Shown here one piece after another: positions 49,738 to 62,357 of a DNA stretch of 64,000 nucleotides. A program made the position numbers and the translations under genes. The notes below the pieces were generated by a model, which did no database searches, was not told the DNA's origin, and saw only the letters and a list, made by a program, of their open reading frames with translations. The stretch is from NCBI RefSeq assembly GCF_964213995.1, contig NW_027590141.1:1302001-1366000 (forward strand). The letters are read 5' to 3'. This DNA comes from Mustelus asterias. Lineage: Eukaryota. Numbering within the stretch: the first letter of the stretch is position 1; each line of letters begins with the position of its first letter.

Positions 49738-52158
49738 CCGGCACAGTTGGATTCTGTTGTTTCCGCACCCTGAGATAAACAATAACAATTGGATCAATAG
49801 GGGAGGCAGTGGTACAGTGGAATTATCACTGGACTCAGGGTAAGGCTCTGGGGACCCAGGTTCGAATCCCACCACAGTCGATGGTGAAATTTGTATTCAA
49901 TTAAAATCTTCAATTAAAAGTCTAATGACAAACCTCAACCTTTAATCAATTGTCGTAAAAACCCATTTGATTCAGTAACGCCCTTTAGAAAAGGAAACCT
50001 GCCGTCCTTACTTGGTCAGGCCTACATGTGACTCCAGACCAGCAATGTGGTTGACTCTCAAATGCCCTCTGAAATGGAGGGCAGTTAGGGATGGGAAAGA
50101 AATGCTGGCCCAGCAAGTGACGCCTACATTCCGTAAAAATGAACTTTAAAAAGTACCTCAGTATCTCAGTAACCTCCTCCAGCCCCACAACACTCTGTGT
50201 AAATACAAGTTGTTGATGATTATGTCCTGAGATAGATAACGTGAACCCGATTCCCCTCGTCCGCCAACTCGGCAACTTCTTCACAAAAAGTAAAGCACAT
50301 GGGATTGGGGCTGTTGTACTGAGATGGGTAGAAAACTGATTGGCAGACAGGAGACAAAGAGTAGGATTAAACGGGTCTTTTTCCAACTGGCAGGCAGTGA
50401 CTATTTGGGTAACGCAGGATCAGTGCTGGGGCCTCAGTTACTCACCTGCCATAGGTCTTGTTTTTTTTTCCCCTGTTTATTATGCATCATTTTTAAATTG
50501 TTGCTTCCTAATAATCTAATTTAAAACCATGGATAAGCTCAAACCACTTTTGGAAAATCTGTGACTCTTTAATCAAGAATCTTCCTGACCACTGCATACC
50601 ATTCTGGTCACCGTATTATTAACAAAGATATCCAGGCACTGGAAAGGGTGCAGAGAAGATTTTAATGATGAGATTTTAATGTAGAAGGCAGCTCACCACC
50701 ACCTTCTCAAGGGCAATCAGGGATTAGCCATAAATGCTGGCCAAGCCAGCAATGCCCACATCCCATAAATGATTTTCAAAACGTGTGTGGTTTTTTTTAT
50801 CAGGAAAGGATTGACAGGCTAGTTCTTCTTTCTTGAGAAATGAAGGCTGAGGGGTAACCTGAGCAGAGGTCCTCAAAATTATAAAGGGTTTAGATACAGA
50901 AATAGTGTTTCCTCTTGTGGGGAAGAGCAAAAAGTAAAGTTTTTATTTATTCGTCACAAGTAGGCTTAGATTAACACTGCAATGAAGTTACTGGGAAACT
51001 GGAGACAATCAATGTAAAACAGTCACTAAGAAACCCAATAGGAAATCCAGGATAAATTTCTCTACACAAAGAGTGGCGAGAATATGGAAATCACAACTAC
51101 AGGGAGTGAAATGAACAGTATCGATGTCTTTCAGGGGAATCTCAACAAGTACTTATGAATGATTTTATAGTTCATTCAGGATTTATTTCAAAACGACTAA
51201 AAACAATAAAGTGACAGGAGATAATTTGCAGGGTGTGAGACTCTGTGTGTGAGGGTGTCTGTGAGTGTGTGTGTTGCTTTTCATTGGTGTCACAGAAACC
51301 TTCCTCTTTCTGAGCAGACAATCTGGCCCCTGAATGATGTGAATTGTACAACTCAGAGATTCTCCATTCAGAATGACCATGTGCTGTGTAAAACCTGACA
51401 TCTCCACAACCAGACGCCACTTCTCCTGGAACAACGTGAAGTGACTACAATTTTCTAGATTGATTTCTTTGCTCTCACATATTTTCTCAGTTCATAAATT
51501 CCATCACGACCTTTAAACACACCGATGGTCTCCACTTTAAATACTTCCCTCAGTCTTACCAACATATAGCAATTGGATTGCTGATATTACAGGAATCCAT
51601 TCTGAAATTCTGTAAATCTGATTCCCACCTAACACCAACCCATATCCCCATCTGAGTTCCAGATTTTAATGAGATTTCTTAAAACACAGGCAGCCTGGCA
51701 GCACAGTGGTCAGCATTGCTGCCTCACAGCGCCAGGAACCCGGGTTCAATTCATGCCTCAGCTGACTGTGTGGAGTCTGCACATTCTCCCTGTATCTGTG
51801 TGGGTTTCCTCCGGGTGCTCTTATTTACTTCCACACTCCAAAAATGTGCAGATTAGATTGATTGGCCATGCTAAATTGGCCCTTAGTGTCGGGGATTAGC
51901 AGGATAACTACATGGGTGACGGGGATAGGGCTGGGGGTGAGATCGTTGTTGGTATAGGCTCAGTGACCTCCTTCTGCACTGTAGGGATTCTATACTGTCT
52001 GCCCTATCATTACATTGGATCCAATACTGTGTTCACTGACACACTGCAGTCTGACTTATATTTGGAATAAACACTATGTTTGTTAAATCCAGAGTAAGTA
52101 AACTAAGCCAATCCATGACGAAGGGTCATCCAGACTCGAAATGTTGGCTAGAATCTCT

Positions 52159-52987
52159 TTGTAAGTCTCACAAACTCCCCAGCCTTCAGGAGAACAGTGA
52201 CCACGACACCACACAACCCTGCCACAGCAACCTCTGCAAGACGTGCCGGATCATCAACACGGCTGCCATCATCTCACGTGAGAACACCATCCACCAGGTA
52301 CACGGTACATACACTTGCAACTCAGCCAACGTTGTCTGCCTGATACGTTGCAGGAAAGGATGTCCCGAGGCATGGTACATTGGGGAGACTATGCAGACGA
52401 GACGACCACGGATGAATGAACAGCGCTCGACAATCACCAGGCAAGAGTGTTCTCTTCCTGTTGGGGAACACTTCAACAGTCACAGGCATTCATAGAATTC
52501 GGCCTCTGATCTTCGGGTAAGCGTTCTCCAAGACGGCCTTCATGACACACAACAACGCAGAGTCGCTGAGCAGGGACTGATAGCTAAGTTCCGCACACAT
52601 GAGGACGGCCTCAACCAGGATCTTGGGTTCATGTCACACTATCTGTAACCCCCACAACTTGCCTGGACTTGCAAAATCTCACTTTCTGTCCTGGCTGGAG
52701 GCAAAACACATCTCTAACCTGTGCTTAATGCTCTCTCCACTCACGTTGTCTGTACCATTAAGACTTGATTACCTGTAAAGACTTGCATTCCAACCATTAT
52801 TTTGTAAATTGGGTTTGTGTCTTTATATGCCCTGTTTGTGAACAGAACTCCCACTCATCTGATGAAGGGGCAGCGCTCCGAAAGCTTATGGCTTGTGCTA
52901 CCAAATAAACCTGTTGGACTTTAACCTGGTGTTGTGAGACTTCTTACTGGGCCTACCCCAGTCGAACGCCGGCATCTCCACTTCATG
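52159..52987 (+). mobile_element. Penelope-like GIY-YIG 3' fragment inserted in a family-1 pLTR remnant
   Basis: PCHSNLCKTC...VCLIRCRKGCPEAWYIGET. Candidate TSD gaatctct at 52151-52158 and 52988-52995. Confidence 0.85.
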
Positions 52988-53046
52988 GAATCTCTCTCCA
53001 CAGTTGCTGTCAGACTTGCTGAGGTTTTGCAGCATTTTCTGTTTTG

Positions 53047-53219
53047 AAGTCAGTGCTTTGCTGTGTTGTCTCTGTGCTCCATCCCCACTCTGATTGTATT
53101 GGAGCCTGTGTGTGTCATTGTTACACTGAGAGTAAGTCAGTGCTTTGCTGTGTTGTCTCTGTGCTCCATCCCCACTCTGATTGTATTGGAGCCTGTGTGT
53201 GTCATTGTAACACTGAGAC
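53047..53219. repeat. 87-bp tandem duplication
   Basis: aagtcagtgctttgctgtg... starts at 53047 and 53134. Confidence 0.9.
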
Positions 53220-53254
53220 TCTGTCACTTATTATTGGACAAGCAGCAAGTCACC

Positions 53255-53460
53255 GTCACAATGCCCGGCTGATTGACGGCAGCGTGGACCAATGGGGAGA
53301 CAAGGGGCGCGGTTGGAGGTCCGAGTGGGAGAGGCTGGTCCTCCAACCAATCACAGTGAATGAGGGGCGGGGCCCGCTCTGACTGGGGCATGCGCAGTGT
53401 GGGTAATGGCGACGGAGACGGGGCTGTTTTTTCGGCTCGGAGATAGGTTAGCGGTGATTG
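53255..53460 (+). promoter_or_regulatory. CpG-rich ZNF promoter and first exon
   Basis: Two CCAAT boxes, GGGGCGGGGC GC box, GCATGCGCA, ATGGCG and a candidate donor ag|gttag. Confidence 0.6.
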
Positions 53461-53564
53461 ACGGTACGGAGGGGGCGAGGGATCTCGCGGGTGGACGGAA
53501 ACGCTGCGTAAGCAGGTTGTGTCAGCCGTGAACCTCGGTAAAGAGCTTCACGGACCCAGTTTGT

Positions 53565-54227
53565 CCTCTTTTTGGGTCAAACCAAACCAAGTAAACAAAC
53601 TCAGATTAATTCAGGACAAAGTAAAAGGGGCAGCTCCCCAAAAAGGAGGGGGAACAGCCCGAACAGAAATCAAAGTACAAAGGAAACTTAAAAACATCAA
53701 ATTAAAATGTGATTATTAGGGTCAATAATGCACCCCAACCCCTGCGGTGCCCAGCGGGCGCGGAAAGCGTCAACCTCGCCCGTGGACACCGCATGCTCCC
53801 TCTCCAGGGACACCTGGCCGTGAACGTAGCCGCGGTAGAGGGGAAGACAGTCAGGATGGATGGCCCCCTCGATCGCCCGCAGCCTGGACCAGTAAATGGC
53901 GCGTTTCGCCAGGCCCAGGAGCAGGTTCACGAGGAGGTCGCCATCCCGACCCTCCCCTCTCCGCACCAGGTGTCCGTAGATCAGGAGCGTGGGACTGAAA
54001 TGCAGACAAAACATCAACAAAAGGCTCTTTAGGAAAACATAAAGGGAGTGCAGCCTAAGACACTCAACATAGACATAGTCCATGGACTCCACAAGGCCGC
54101 AGAAAGGGCAGTCTTCGGAGCCCGTGAACCAGTGAATCCTACGGTTGTGCGGAACTGCTGCATGCATCACCCTCCACCCCAGGTCCCCGACGTAATTGGG
54201 GGAGATCCCTCCGTAGAGGGACCTCCA
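53565..54227 (-). mobile_element. Tx1-like L1-clade 3' fragment with 15-bp TSD
   Basis: zf-RVT-type C-terminus (CPFCGLVESMDYVYVEC...LVNLLLGLAKRAIY). TSD acggacccagtttgt at 53550-53564 and 54228-54242. Confidence 0.82.
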
Positions 54228-55070
54228 ACGGACCCAGTTTGTACCGAGCGGTACCGCAGCTCCTCATGTTCGGGCCGCGCTCACGGCCGCCATCTTTATT
54301 GGGGGCAATATGCAAGAAGGCGCATGCGCAGCCGTCATCCTTTTAGGGGGCAATGTTGTCATTGAGTGGGAGGAGCTTGTTCCCCATTGTTCAGAATGGA
54401 GACAACTTGTCCATCAAACTGCATCAACCCTCTGAGTCCCAATGTCTTATTGATGAGGCAGAGCGGTGGCAGAGAAGGAAAGAAAGGGAAATAGCTTTGA
54501 CAAAGGGTCATCCGGCCTCAATGTCAGCTCTTTTCTCTCCTCACAGATGCTGCCAGACCTGCAGAGATTTTCCAGCATTTTCTCTTTTGGAAAGGGAAAT
54601 AAATTCTGCTTTCCAGATCCCACTATATCATGAGATGTATTTCCCATTCATCTTCTGTTCCACCATCCTTATAGGCAGCGAGTTCCAGATCATGTGCTCT
54701 CCCTACCCAAGTATAAATCTTCCTCAAATCCCTGCTCTGTCACTATTCAAATAATGTCCTGTATATTACACTTTTATCCAGTATTATAGACATCTGTCTG
54801 GCAGCCTGCATGGAGATTTTCAGCTCCCTGTGTCCAGGACAGGAAGCAGTGAGCATGGATCTGTCAATCAGCCTCAATTAGCATCTTTAGGAGAATTAGG
54901 AGGGTGAATATTAGATACAGCAGAGTGAGAATGGAGAGAGAGTGTGTGGGATGGAGATTTACAGCTTTTGGGGAATGAGAGAGGAAAGAATGTTCCATAG
55001 AAACTTGAACTGTCTGTTCTGAATTTCTATCTTGTACTGACATTGATGACTTTTGTAAATTCCTTTTACA

Positions 55071-55351
55071 GGATACTAGAAGGTGAGGATTTACAGACAG
55101 AAATCTCAAACCAAACGTCACATCAATATCTGACAGAGTCCTCAATTCGTCGGGACCTGAATATTATCGACCTTTGAATCCAGATTGGAAATGTTTCTCT
55201 GTTCAGTCTGCTTCAGGAGATTTTAAATTTCAGTGTGACTGGAAAAGCACCGAGACACACACCCGAGTGAGAGTGTTCCAGTGCACTGAGTGTGGAAAGA
55301 GCTTTAACCAGTTACACAGCCTGAAAATACATCGCAGCATTCACAGCGGGG
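55071..55351 (+). pseudogene. ZNF last-exon fragment (one finger) fused to a CR1 3' end (55352-55561)
   Basis: Acceptor ttttacag|gatactagaagg, [28 protein letters not shown], then CR1 3' sequence. Confidence 0.75.
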
Positions 55352-56099
55352 AGTGGTGGGTGCCTGGAACTCGGGGGAGGTAGTGGAAGCAGGTACGGTA
55401 GTGACTTTTAAGGGGCGTCTTGACAAGTACATGAATACGATGGGAATAGAGTGATATGGTTCCCAGAAGGGTAGGGGGTTTTACTTAAATCGGGCAGCAT
55501 GGTCGGTGCAGGCTTGGAGGGCCAAAGGGCCTGTTCCTGTGCTGTAATTTTCTTTGTTCTTAGTACACAGGCCAATTTATCTTTCTAGGGGTGAGTGTGT
55601 CTGAGAGGTGTGCAACTGGAAAACATTTTCCATTCACCTCCTGCACTGCTGCAGTATATAGATATTGTTCTCACTCTGCCAGCAAGGCTGTGGGATTAAT
55701 TGGATAGATCTTAAAGACAGCCCGATTGGGCAGGATGAGCAAAATGGTTTCCATCTGTGATGTATCATTCCATAAAACAGAATATTCAGCATCAGGGGAA
55801 AGAAAGTGAAAGAAACCAGTCTCTGTGGGATTTACCCAACCAGTATGAGCACCTTCAGGAGAGCAGAGAGGGGAAGAAATCAGTGGGAAAAGTTTTTAAA
55901 ACTCGGGGTATTCCCACAGGAGAGCACTGGTTTAAATCAATTTTAGAAATGGAGAATGGCAGTGCACAAATTCCGAGGAATACATTTTTTAAAATTATTT
56001 GATCTTAATTGCACAAGATAATTTTCTATTATCGTCTTTGACAATGACGCCGTTAATTCCCAGCTGCCCCTGCGGGTGTGACAGTGTCCTATTCATTCC

Positions 56100-56500
56100 A
56101 CAGGAGCCTATTGCGCAGGCGCAGTGCTATATCTGGAGCGTGCGCAATGTCACTTTGCTCGGAGTCTTGCGAGTGCGGGAGTTGGCACATTTTTCTGCGG
56201 GTGAGTCGGTTGGGCTGTGGGAGAAATGGAGCCGGGAGTCGGGATAGGGAGGGAGGTATGGCTTCGAAACACCCGCTGTAGGCCGCACGGCCCGAATAGA
56301 CCCTGCAGGTCCCGAGTTTACAGCTCCCAGGCTTTTATCCCTGGAACAGGCCCCGGTTATCGGCCGCCATCTTGTTTCAGCGGAGACGGAGGGCGCATGC
56401 GCTGCTGTCTGTGACGGGTCATAATGGGCGTGGTTTCAGGGGTTTGTTCAGAACCTCGATCTTCAGAGGGACAATAGGTAGCAGGGCGCATGCGCAGCTA
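56100..56500 (+). promoter_or_regulatory. CpG-rich ZNF promoter and first exon
   Basis: TGCGCAGGCGCA, donor gcgg|gtgagt at 56201, then cggccgccatcttg...gcgcatgcgc and a further GCGCATGCGCA. Confidence 0.62.
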
Positions 56501-57949
56501 TCCAAGAACAGGAGCCAGTCATTGGGCCCATCGAGCCTGCTGCATCATTCAATAAGATCATGTCTACTTTGCTACCCCCACCCCGTCCATACCCTTGGCT
56601 TTCTTGTGGATCAAAACCTCAGCTTTGAATATATTCAATGACCTGCCTCCAATCCTCACTGGTGAAGACAGAGTTCCAAAGATCAACAACCCGCTGAGAG
56701 AAAAGATCTCTCTTCATCTTAAATTTGAGATCCTTTATTTTTACTAGATTTCCACACCAGAGGAAACATCCTCTCAGCATCTACCTTGTCAAGCACCTTA
56801 TATCATATGAATCATAGAATCCCTACAGTGCAGAATGAGGCCATTTGGCCCATCAGGTCTGTACCGACCACAATCCCACCCAGGCCCCAGCCCCACAACC
56901 CCATGCATTTACCCTGCTAATCCCCCTGACACTAGGGTCAATTTAGCATAGCCAATCCACCTAACCCACACATCTTTGAACTGTGGGAGGAAACCAGAGC
57001 ACCCGGAGGAAACCCACGCAGACATGGGGAGAATGTGCAAACTCCATACAGACAGTGACCCAAGGCCGGAATTGAACCTGGGACCCTGGTGCTGTGAGGC
57101 AGCAGTGCTAACCACTGTTCCGCCCTTAAATTCCCAGATGTTTCATTAAGATTACTTCTCAGTCTTCTGAACTCCAAAGAGTAGAGGCCCAAGCTGCTCA
57201 ACCTGAAAGATAAAACTCCTCATTTCAGGAATCAACCAACTGGATCTTCTCTGAACTGCCTCCACTGCAATTTTGTCCCAGCTGAAGTAATTCTGTGCCA
57301 GGTTAAAGGAGGAGTGAATGTTTTGAATCTCTATCCTGGACAGATGCTGATGGATTTTGGAAACTCCTTTTACAGGGGATTAGAAGGGAAAGATTTACAC
57401 ACAGCAAACTCAGACCAAAAGAAATGTTTGTCTGTCTTGAATTTCTAACCTTGAATTACACCTATAACTTTCATCATTTACAGGGAGAAGATTTGAAGAT
57501 TGCAACATTTTTCCCGGACATCAATCTCTCTGAGATCTTTTCAGCTGCTGCAGATTTTAAAATGTGAAAACAGTGAAATTGTTTTGAGGTGAGTGTTAGT
57601 GAGCATTAATTTAAATTTAGCGCATGCTCTGATTCCATGGATCTCGGGCTATTGTGACTCCTTTACCATGGATGGGGAGGCAATGGTGCAGTGATAGTGT
57701 TATTGGATTAGTAATACAGGGATCCAGGTCAATGCACTGTGAACCCTGGGTTCGAATCCCACAACGGCAGATGTTGAAATTTGAATTCAGTAAAAATCTA
57801 GACTTAGAAGTCCATTGATGACAATTGTTGTAAAAATCCATCCAATTTAATAATGTCCTTTAAAGAAGGAAATTACCACATCCCCCAGCAATGCAAACCA
57901 CTCAGTTCAAGGGCAATGAGTTATGGGCAATAGATGCTGATGCAGCCAA

Positions 57950-59190
57950 CACATAGAGTCATAGAGCAATATAGCACGGAAACTGGCCCTTGGGCCCAAC
58001 TGATCCATGCCAACCATGGTGCCCTCCCAGCTAGTCCCAGTTGTCCATGTTTGGCTCATATCCCTCTAATCCTTTCCAATTCATGTAATTATCCAAATGC
58101 TTTTAAAAATGTTTAAACCTGCTGTTTGAACCTGCCTCAACCACTTTCTCTGGCAGCTCATTCCATGTACACACCACCCTTTGCATGAAGAAGTTGCCCC
58201 TCAGGTCCCTTTTAATCTTTCCCCTCTCATCTTAAACCCATTCCCTCTAATTTTCAATTCTCTTACCCTGGCAAAAAGACAATGTGGGTTCATCCTATCT
58301 ATGCCCCTCATGATTTAATACACCTCAATATAGTCACCCCACATTCTCCTACATTCAAAGGAATAAAGCCCTAGCCTATCCAACCTCACACGATCATTCA
58401 GGCCCATTAGTCCCGGCAACATCCTCATAAATCTTCTTTGCACTCTTTCCAGTTTATCAATGTCTTTCCTGTAACAGGGTTACAAAAACTGTACACAGTA
58501 CTCCAAGTGCAGCCTCACCAATGACTTATACAACTATAACATAATGTCCCAACTCCTATACTCAGTGCCCTGACTGATGAAGGCCAGTGTGCTAAATGCC
58601 TTCTTCACCACTCTGTTTACCTGTGCCGCCACTTTCAATGAACTATGTACTTGTATTCCTGTGTTCCTCTGTTCCTCAACACTCCCCAGTGCCTTACCAT
58701 TCACTGTACAAGTCCTACCCTGGTTTGACTTTCCAAAATGCAACACTCACACTTAAGACCATAAGAGATAGGAGCAGAAATAGGCCACTCGGCCCATCGA
58801 GTTTGCTCCGCCCTTCAAACATGGCTGATATTTTTCTCATCCCCATTTCCTGCCTTTTTCCCATAACCCCAGATCTCCTTATTAATCAAGAACCTATATA
58901 TCTCTGTCTTAAAGACAGTCAATGACCTGGCCTCCACAGCCTTCTGCGGCAAAGAGTTCCACAAATTCACCACTCTCTGGCTGAAGAAATTCCTCCTTAT
59001 CTCTGTTTTAAAGGATCGTCCCTTTAGCCTGAGGTTGTGCCTCTGTACTCTGTATTATCTGTACTGAAATCCATTTGCCAATCATTGGCCCACTTTCCTA
59101 ACCGAACAACTGATCAAGATCCCCCTGTAATTTTTGATAACCTTCTTCACTATCAGCGATTCCTCCTAATTTAGTATCGTCTGCAAACTT
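57950..59190 (-). mobile_element. Decayed CR1 fragments (nested)
   Basis: LHFGKSNQGRTCTVNGKALGSVEEQR..., with a second CR1 3' end inserted at ~58755-59045. Confidence 0.75.
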
Positions 59191-60313
59191 GCTAACCATG
59201 CTTTTTATGAATTTTTAAACGACCATCCATTTCTCTGTTTCACCTCTGCCCTCCCTGATCAGCTCTCTGCCATTGTCTACCTTCCTCTGCCTCTAATAAT
59301 GGGTGTATTTTAACTATTATTTCCACAAGCTATGTCTTGATGAGGTTTTTACCACTTCACAACTCTATTCACTGCTGAGTGACCAGCTTAGTCTTACAAT
59401 GTTCAGGAACAGTTTCTCTTCCACTGGAGATCATTTCCCTTCCACTTCTGAGCTTATATTGACCAACAAAATCTGATACATTTTTATTCCCTGTAATTCA
59501 TTCTGCCCACCCTGAAACGTTAATCTTCTTTCTGTCTAAAAGGATGGTCTCTTTCCAAATGTTCACAATTAAAGAGCAGGAGATGGCTGATATTTAAGGG
59601 GACAGTAAATTAATATAGGACAGAGATATGTCTAGTGTTATTATATGGTACCCAGATTAGATAAATTATTTATGTTTCTGTAATAAAATACATTTATTAT
59701 TATTTCTTGCATTGTAATATAATGCTGTAGCGATGTTATACATTTCCAGTCATAAAGTCATTACAGCACAGAAGGAATCCATTTGGTAACTCGAGTCCAT
59801 GCTGACTCTCTGTATAACATTCCAGTCCCATTCCCACTCTACATCCCCATTCTCCTGAAAGTTTATTTCCTTCAAGTGCCCATCCACTTTCATTTTTAAA
59901 TAGAATCCTGTTCTGACTTTCTATCCTGTACTGACACTGATGACTTTTGTAAACTAATTTCACAGGACATTGAAAGAGGAATCACAGCCCGAAATCTCAA
60001 ACGTCGTGTCAGATCTGACAGAGTCATATTCCTTGGGAACTCAATATCATCGGCCTTTGAATCTAGAAGGAGAAATGATTGTCCGGTCTGTTGATTTGAA
60101 AAGATTTCAAACATCAGTGTGACTGGAAAAGCAGCAACACACTGCCACACTCGAGTGAGAGTGTTCCAGTGCACTGACTAAAGAGCTTTAACCAGTTACA
60201 CAGCCTGAATAAATATCACACCATTCACAGCGGGGAGAGACTACCCGTGTTGTGTGTGTGGACGAGGCTTCAACGGATTGTCCACACAAGAGAGAGGCAA
60301 GGACACCTGCACC

Positions 60314-60904
60314 ATGGAGAAACCATGGAAATGTGCAGACTGTGGGAAGAGATACAGATACCCAAATGAGCTGGAAGCTCATCGGCGCAACCACACTGGG
60401 GAGAGACCATTCATGTGCTCTCAGTGTGGGGAGGGATTCACTCAGTCATTCAACCTGCAGAGACACCAGTGAGTTCACACTGGGGAGAGACCGTTCATGT
60501 GTTCTCAGTGTGGGAAGGGATTCATTCAGTCATTCAACCTGCTGACACACCAGCGAGTTCACACTGGGGAGAGGCTGTTCACGTGTTTTCAGTGTGGGGA
60601 GGGATTCAGTCATTTATCCAGCCTGCGGAGGCACCAGCGAGTTCACACTGGGGAGAAGCCATTCACCTGCTCTCAGTGTGGGAAGGGATTCACTCGGTCA
60701 TCTGACCTGCGGATACACCAGCGAGTTCACACTGGGGAGAGGCCATTCATCTGCTCTCAGTGTGGGAAGGGATTCGCTTGTTCATCCAACCTGCGGGCAC
60801 ATGAGCACATTCATACTGGGGAGAGGCCATTCACCTGCCCTCAGTGTGGGAAGGGATTCGCTCAGTCATCCCACCTGTTGAGACACCAGCGAGTTCACGA
60901 GTGA
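60314..60904 (+). pseudogene. C2H2 zinc-finger gene (ZNF-F), 7 units, one premature stop
   Basis: accATGG at 60314 starts MEKPWKCADCGKRYRYPNELEAH. TGA at 60470-60472 in HQ*VH, where the other fingers have CGA. Confidence 0.85.
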
Positions 60905-62357
60905 TTCCAGAGGTTGGATTCTGCTGTTATTGTTTCTGCTCTCAATTACATCCAGGACTGCATTTTGTTCATTCTCACAGTTGGTCAATGGGGAGGGTCG
61001 GAGGGTGACCCCCCTGCATCTCTGACCCAAAACCATAAATCTGTGACCCCCTCATCCTTGTCCCATCAGCGAATGGGAACAGCTTTTCTTTGTCCACCTT
61101 ATCTAAACCTGTCAGAATCTTGTCCACCTCTATCAAATCTCCCCTCAACCTCCTTTGCTCCAAGAGGAACAACCCCAGCCTGCCATTGACAATAAAGAAC
61201 AAACTAACAGAATATGTTAATACCTGAAATCAAATGGGAATGTTTAATTTCTGTTTTAAAGATTTTGTAAATATCTTGTCCTGGACAATAAAGGAATTGG
61301 AATAACTCACCTTGGGTGTGGTTGAATGGAATATATCAATCTGGTATCCACCTACAGTCTAGTGAAAGTCTGGAATGTGTAGCTGGAAATCCCTCCCTAA
61401 CAGCACTGTGGGTGTACTTACACCTCAGGCATTGTAGCAGTTCAGGAAGGCAGTGTTGGGGTTGACCATGGCCGAGGCAGCTACATACAGCCACATATTC
61501 TGTTATAATTGAAGGACTGCAGATTGAATGTGAAGCATTATGGGACTGGACTATCTTGACCACATTCCTGTGACTGCTCAGTTTCTGCAATCACGGACCA
61601 TTAAAGCTGCTTAGCAGGGCCCCGACAGAGGACCTGGTGAGAATATTTACTCAGAATGAGTTAGAATTAAACTGGGGTGGCACGTGGCACAGTGATTAGC
61701 ACTGCTGCCTCACAGCGCCAGGAACCCGGGTTCGATTCCCAGCTTGGGTCACAGTCTGTGTGGAGTTTGCACATTCTCCCCGTGTCTGTGTAGGTTTCCT
61801 CCAGGTGCTCCGGTTTCCTCCCACAGTCCAAAGAAGTGCAGGTTAGATGGATTGGCCATGCTAAATTGCCCCTTAGTGTCAGGGGGACTAGCTAGGGTAA
61901 ATGAATGGGATTATGGGGATAGGGTTGGTGGGACTGTGGTTGGTGCAAACTTGATGGGCCGAATGGCCTCCTTCTGCACTGTAGAGATTCTATGAGATTA
62001 TTGCGGGACCGGCTGGTGTTCAGCAGCTGAGATCCTGGAATCTGTAAAAAAGGGGGCTGACTAATCAATAAACAGTGGTAGGTAGCTAAGAAGTGAAGCG
62101 TTTTCAGGCATGTTTATATTATTTTATCATAAATTTGTGATAAGAACTGTGAAGGTCTTGTGACCCGGTAGTCGGTGAAGTGACGGTACACTCCAAGTAG
62201 CACTGGACTGAAAAGTGGACCTCTAAGAGTGGATTCTAATGGTTATAATCTTACCCAAGCATGGCCAGTGACAAATCAGAGCTCGAGTGGGCACCAGACA
62301 GATTTCTTACCTGTCTTTTGGAAACTAAGAACAAGAAACTTAACGATAAAACGATTT

